From Takakia lepidozioides (lineage: Eukaryota; Plantae; Bryophyta), in contig CM060732.1 in the NCBI GenBank assembly GCA_030704615.1, positions 34,720,001 to 34,784,000 on the forward strand: 64,000 nucleotides of DNA, in the 5' to 3' direction. A model generated the notes under the pieces. The model searched no databases, had not been told where the DNA came from, and was given only the letters and a program-made list of their open reading frames with translations. The position numbers were made by a program, and so were the translations under genes. Positions 63,047 through 64,000 of this stretch are shown here, piece by piece. How positions within the stretch are numbered: position 1 is the stretch's first letter; the number at the start of each line of letters is the position of its first letter.

Positions 63047-64000
63047 TCAACTGATGCACACATACAACTGATTTCGCCAGTAATCTCCACAAAGAACAAA
63101 CATCATGGCATCTAGGACAATAGTTTTCGAATTGAACTCGGTGGCTGTGTGGCAGTCACCGCACACACACGGAGGTTCTGATGATGCGATTACATCCACA
63201 AATTGAGGAAATCCATGCGGAAATGAAGAGATTGTCTGGGCAGATGAAGAAGGGCGGGTTTGTGTCCCAGGGGATGTGTTTACGAGCCTAATGGCGAGCT
63301 TTTTCACTGCGGTGGCAAAGAGACACTCCCTTTGTTCCTCCTCGAAATCGTGCAGCACAAATCGTGTGTCAGGCACGTACCCCGCATTCTTCATCTTCAC
63401 ATACAATCCCTCCAGCTCAGCATGGATTTCCTATGCAATTCGCCTTCTACACGGAACGTATGTACACAATTGTCCACCTCAAATGCACCTGCATCCTGCC
63501 TGCTTTCTGACATCTTTCCTCCATAATTTCTATCACCTTTGCTTTATCCTGCCAGCTGCCGCATAGATGTTTGATAAGAGAACATAAGCTGCGGGGTGCT
63601 GTAGATCCAACTTGAGAATGTACATTGCATTTTGCAGCATGCTCGGCTAGCTGTACATTGCCATGATTTCTGCAGGCACCGAGCAATACTCGCCACACTG
63701 CATTTGCTTGAATTGTAATCTTATCAATAAAGTCCTCTGCTTCATCTAATCGTCCACCACGCCCAAGAAGCTTCACCATGCAGCCAAAATGCTTCAATAG
63801 CTTTGAGGCTATAATCTTGATACATGGAATAGAAATAATGACAGTCTTTCATCCACTAGGCCTGCATGGTTACCTATGTACTACATTGGACTTCAGGGCC
63901 TCCTTCCTGTCGCATTTGGTCAAAATGATGCAGGGTCTCCCTAGCACACTCATGCTTTGGCATATCCTGCGATCCATGAAACCACATCTCGTCCAGCCAT
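63047..64000 (-). pseudogene. Heavily degraded PPR-E-DYW gene, 3' part (continues past the right edge)
   Basis: HFGCMVKLLGRGGRLDEAED, WRVLLGACRNHG, MKNAGYVPDTRFVLHD, CGDCHTAT, CGDYW. Many frameshifts. Confidence 0.88.

Overview
Eukaryotic nuclear DNA from a land plant. Short GT-AG introns, dense genes and PLS-class PPR-DYW genes suggest a non-seed plant (bryophyte/lycophyte/fern grade); this is an inference. The left ~30 kb is a transposon nest. A Ty1/copia element was interrupted by a Mutator-like (MULE) DNA transposon, element A (right end 23524). Element A carries two insertions: a self-priming Ty3/gypsy retrotransposon in its transposase, and a complete inverted relative, element B (6993-18274, 9-bp TSD TCCTATGTC). 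Both MULEs have two divergent genes: a GCM/WRKY-type Zn finger + DDE + SWIM transposase, and a multi-exon gene for a ParB/Srx-like domain fused to a beta-class amino-(N6A/N4C) DNA-methyltransferase fold. About 35 copies of a 22-30 bp palindrome (AACCTTGCGT-NN-ACGCAAGGTT) lie in that gene's introns and downstream of the transposase, spaced at near-integer multiples of 10.5 bp. Together these make a candidate parS/ParB-like, transposon-encoded self-recognition or epigenetic system. Both copies are now pseudogenised. The right ~33 kb holds host genes: two PPR-DYW pseudogenes, an AIR1/2-like Zn-knuckle gene, an unknown protein, cytosolic GluRS, an LTI65-like gene with an ABRE-rich promoter, proteasome beta type-2 (PBD), an FHA2-like gene and a KANSL3-like alpha/beta hydrolase. 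All calls come from manual motif recognition; no searches were run.
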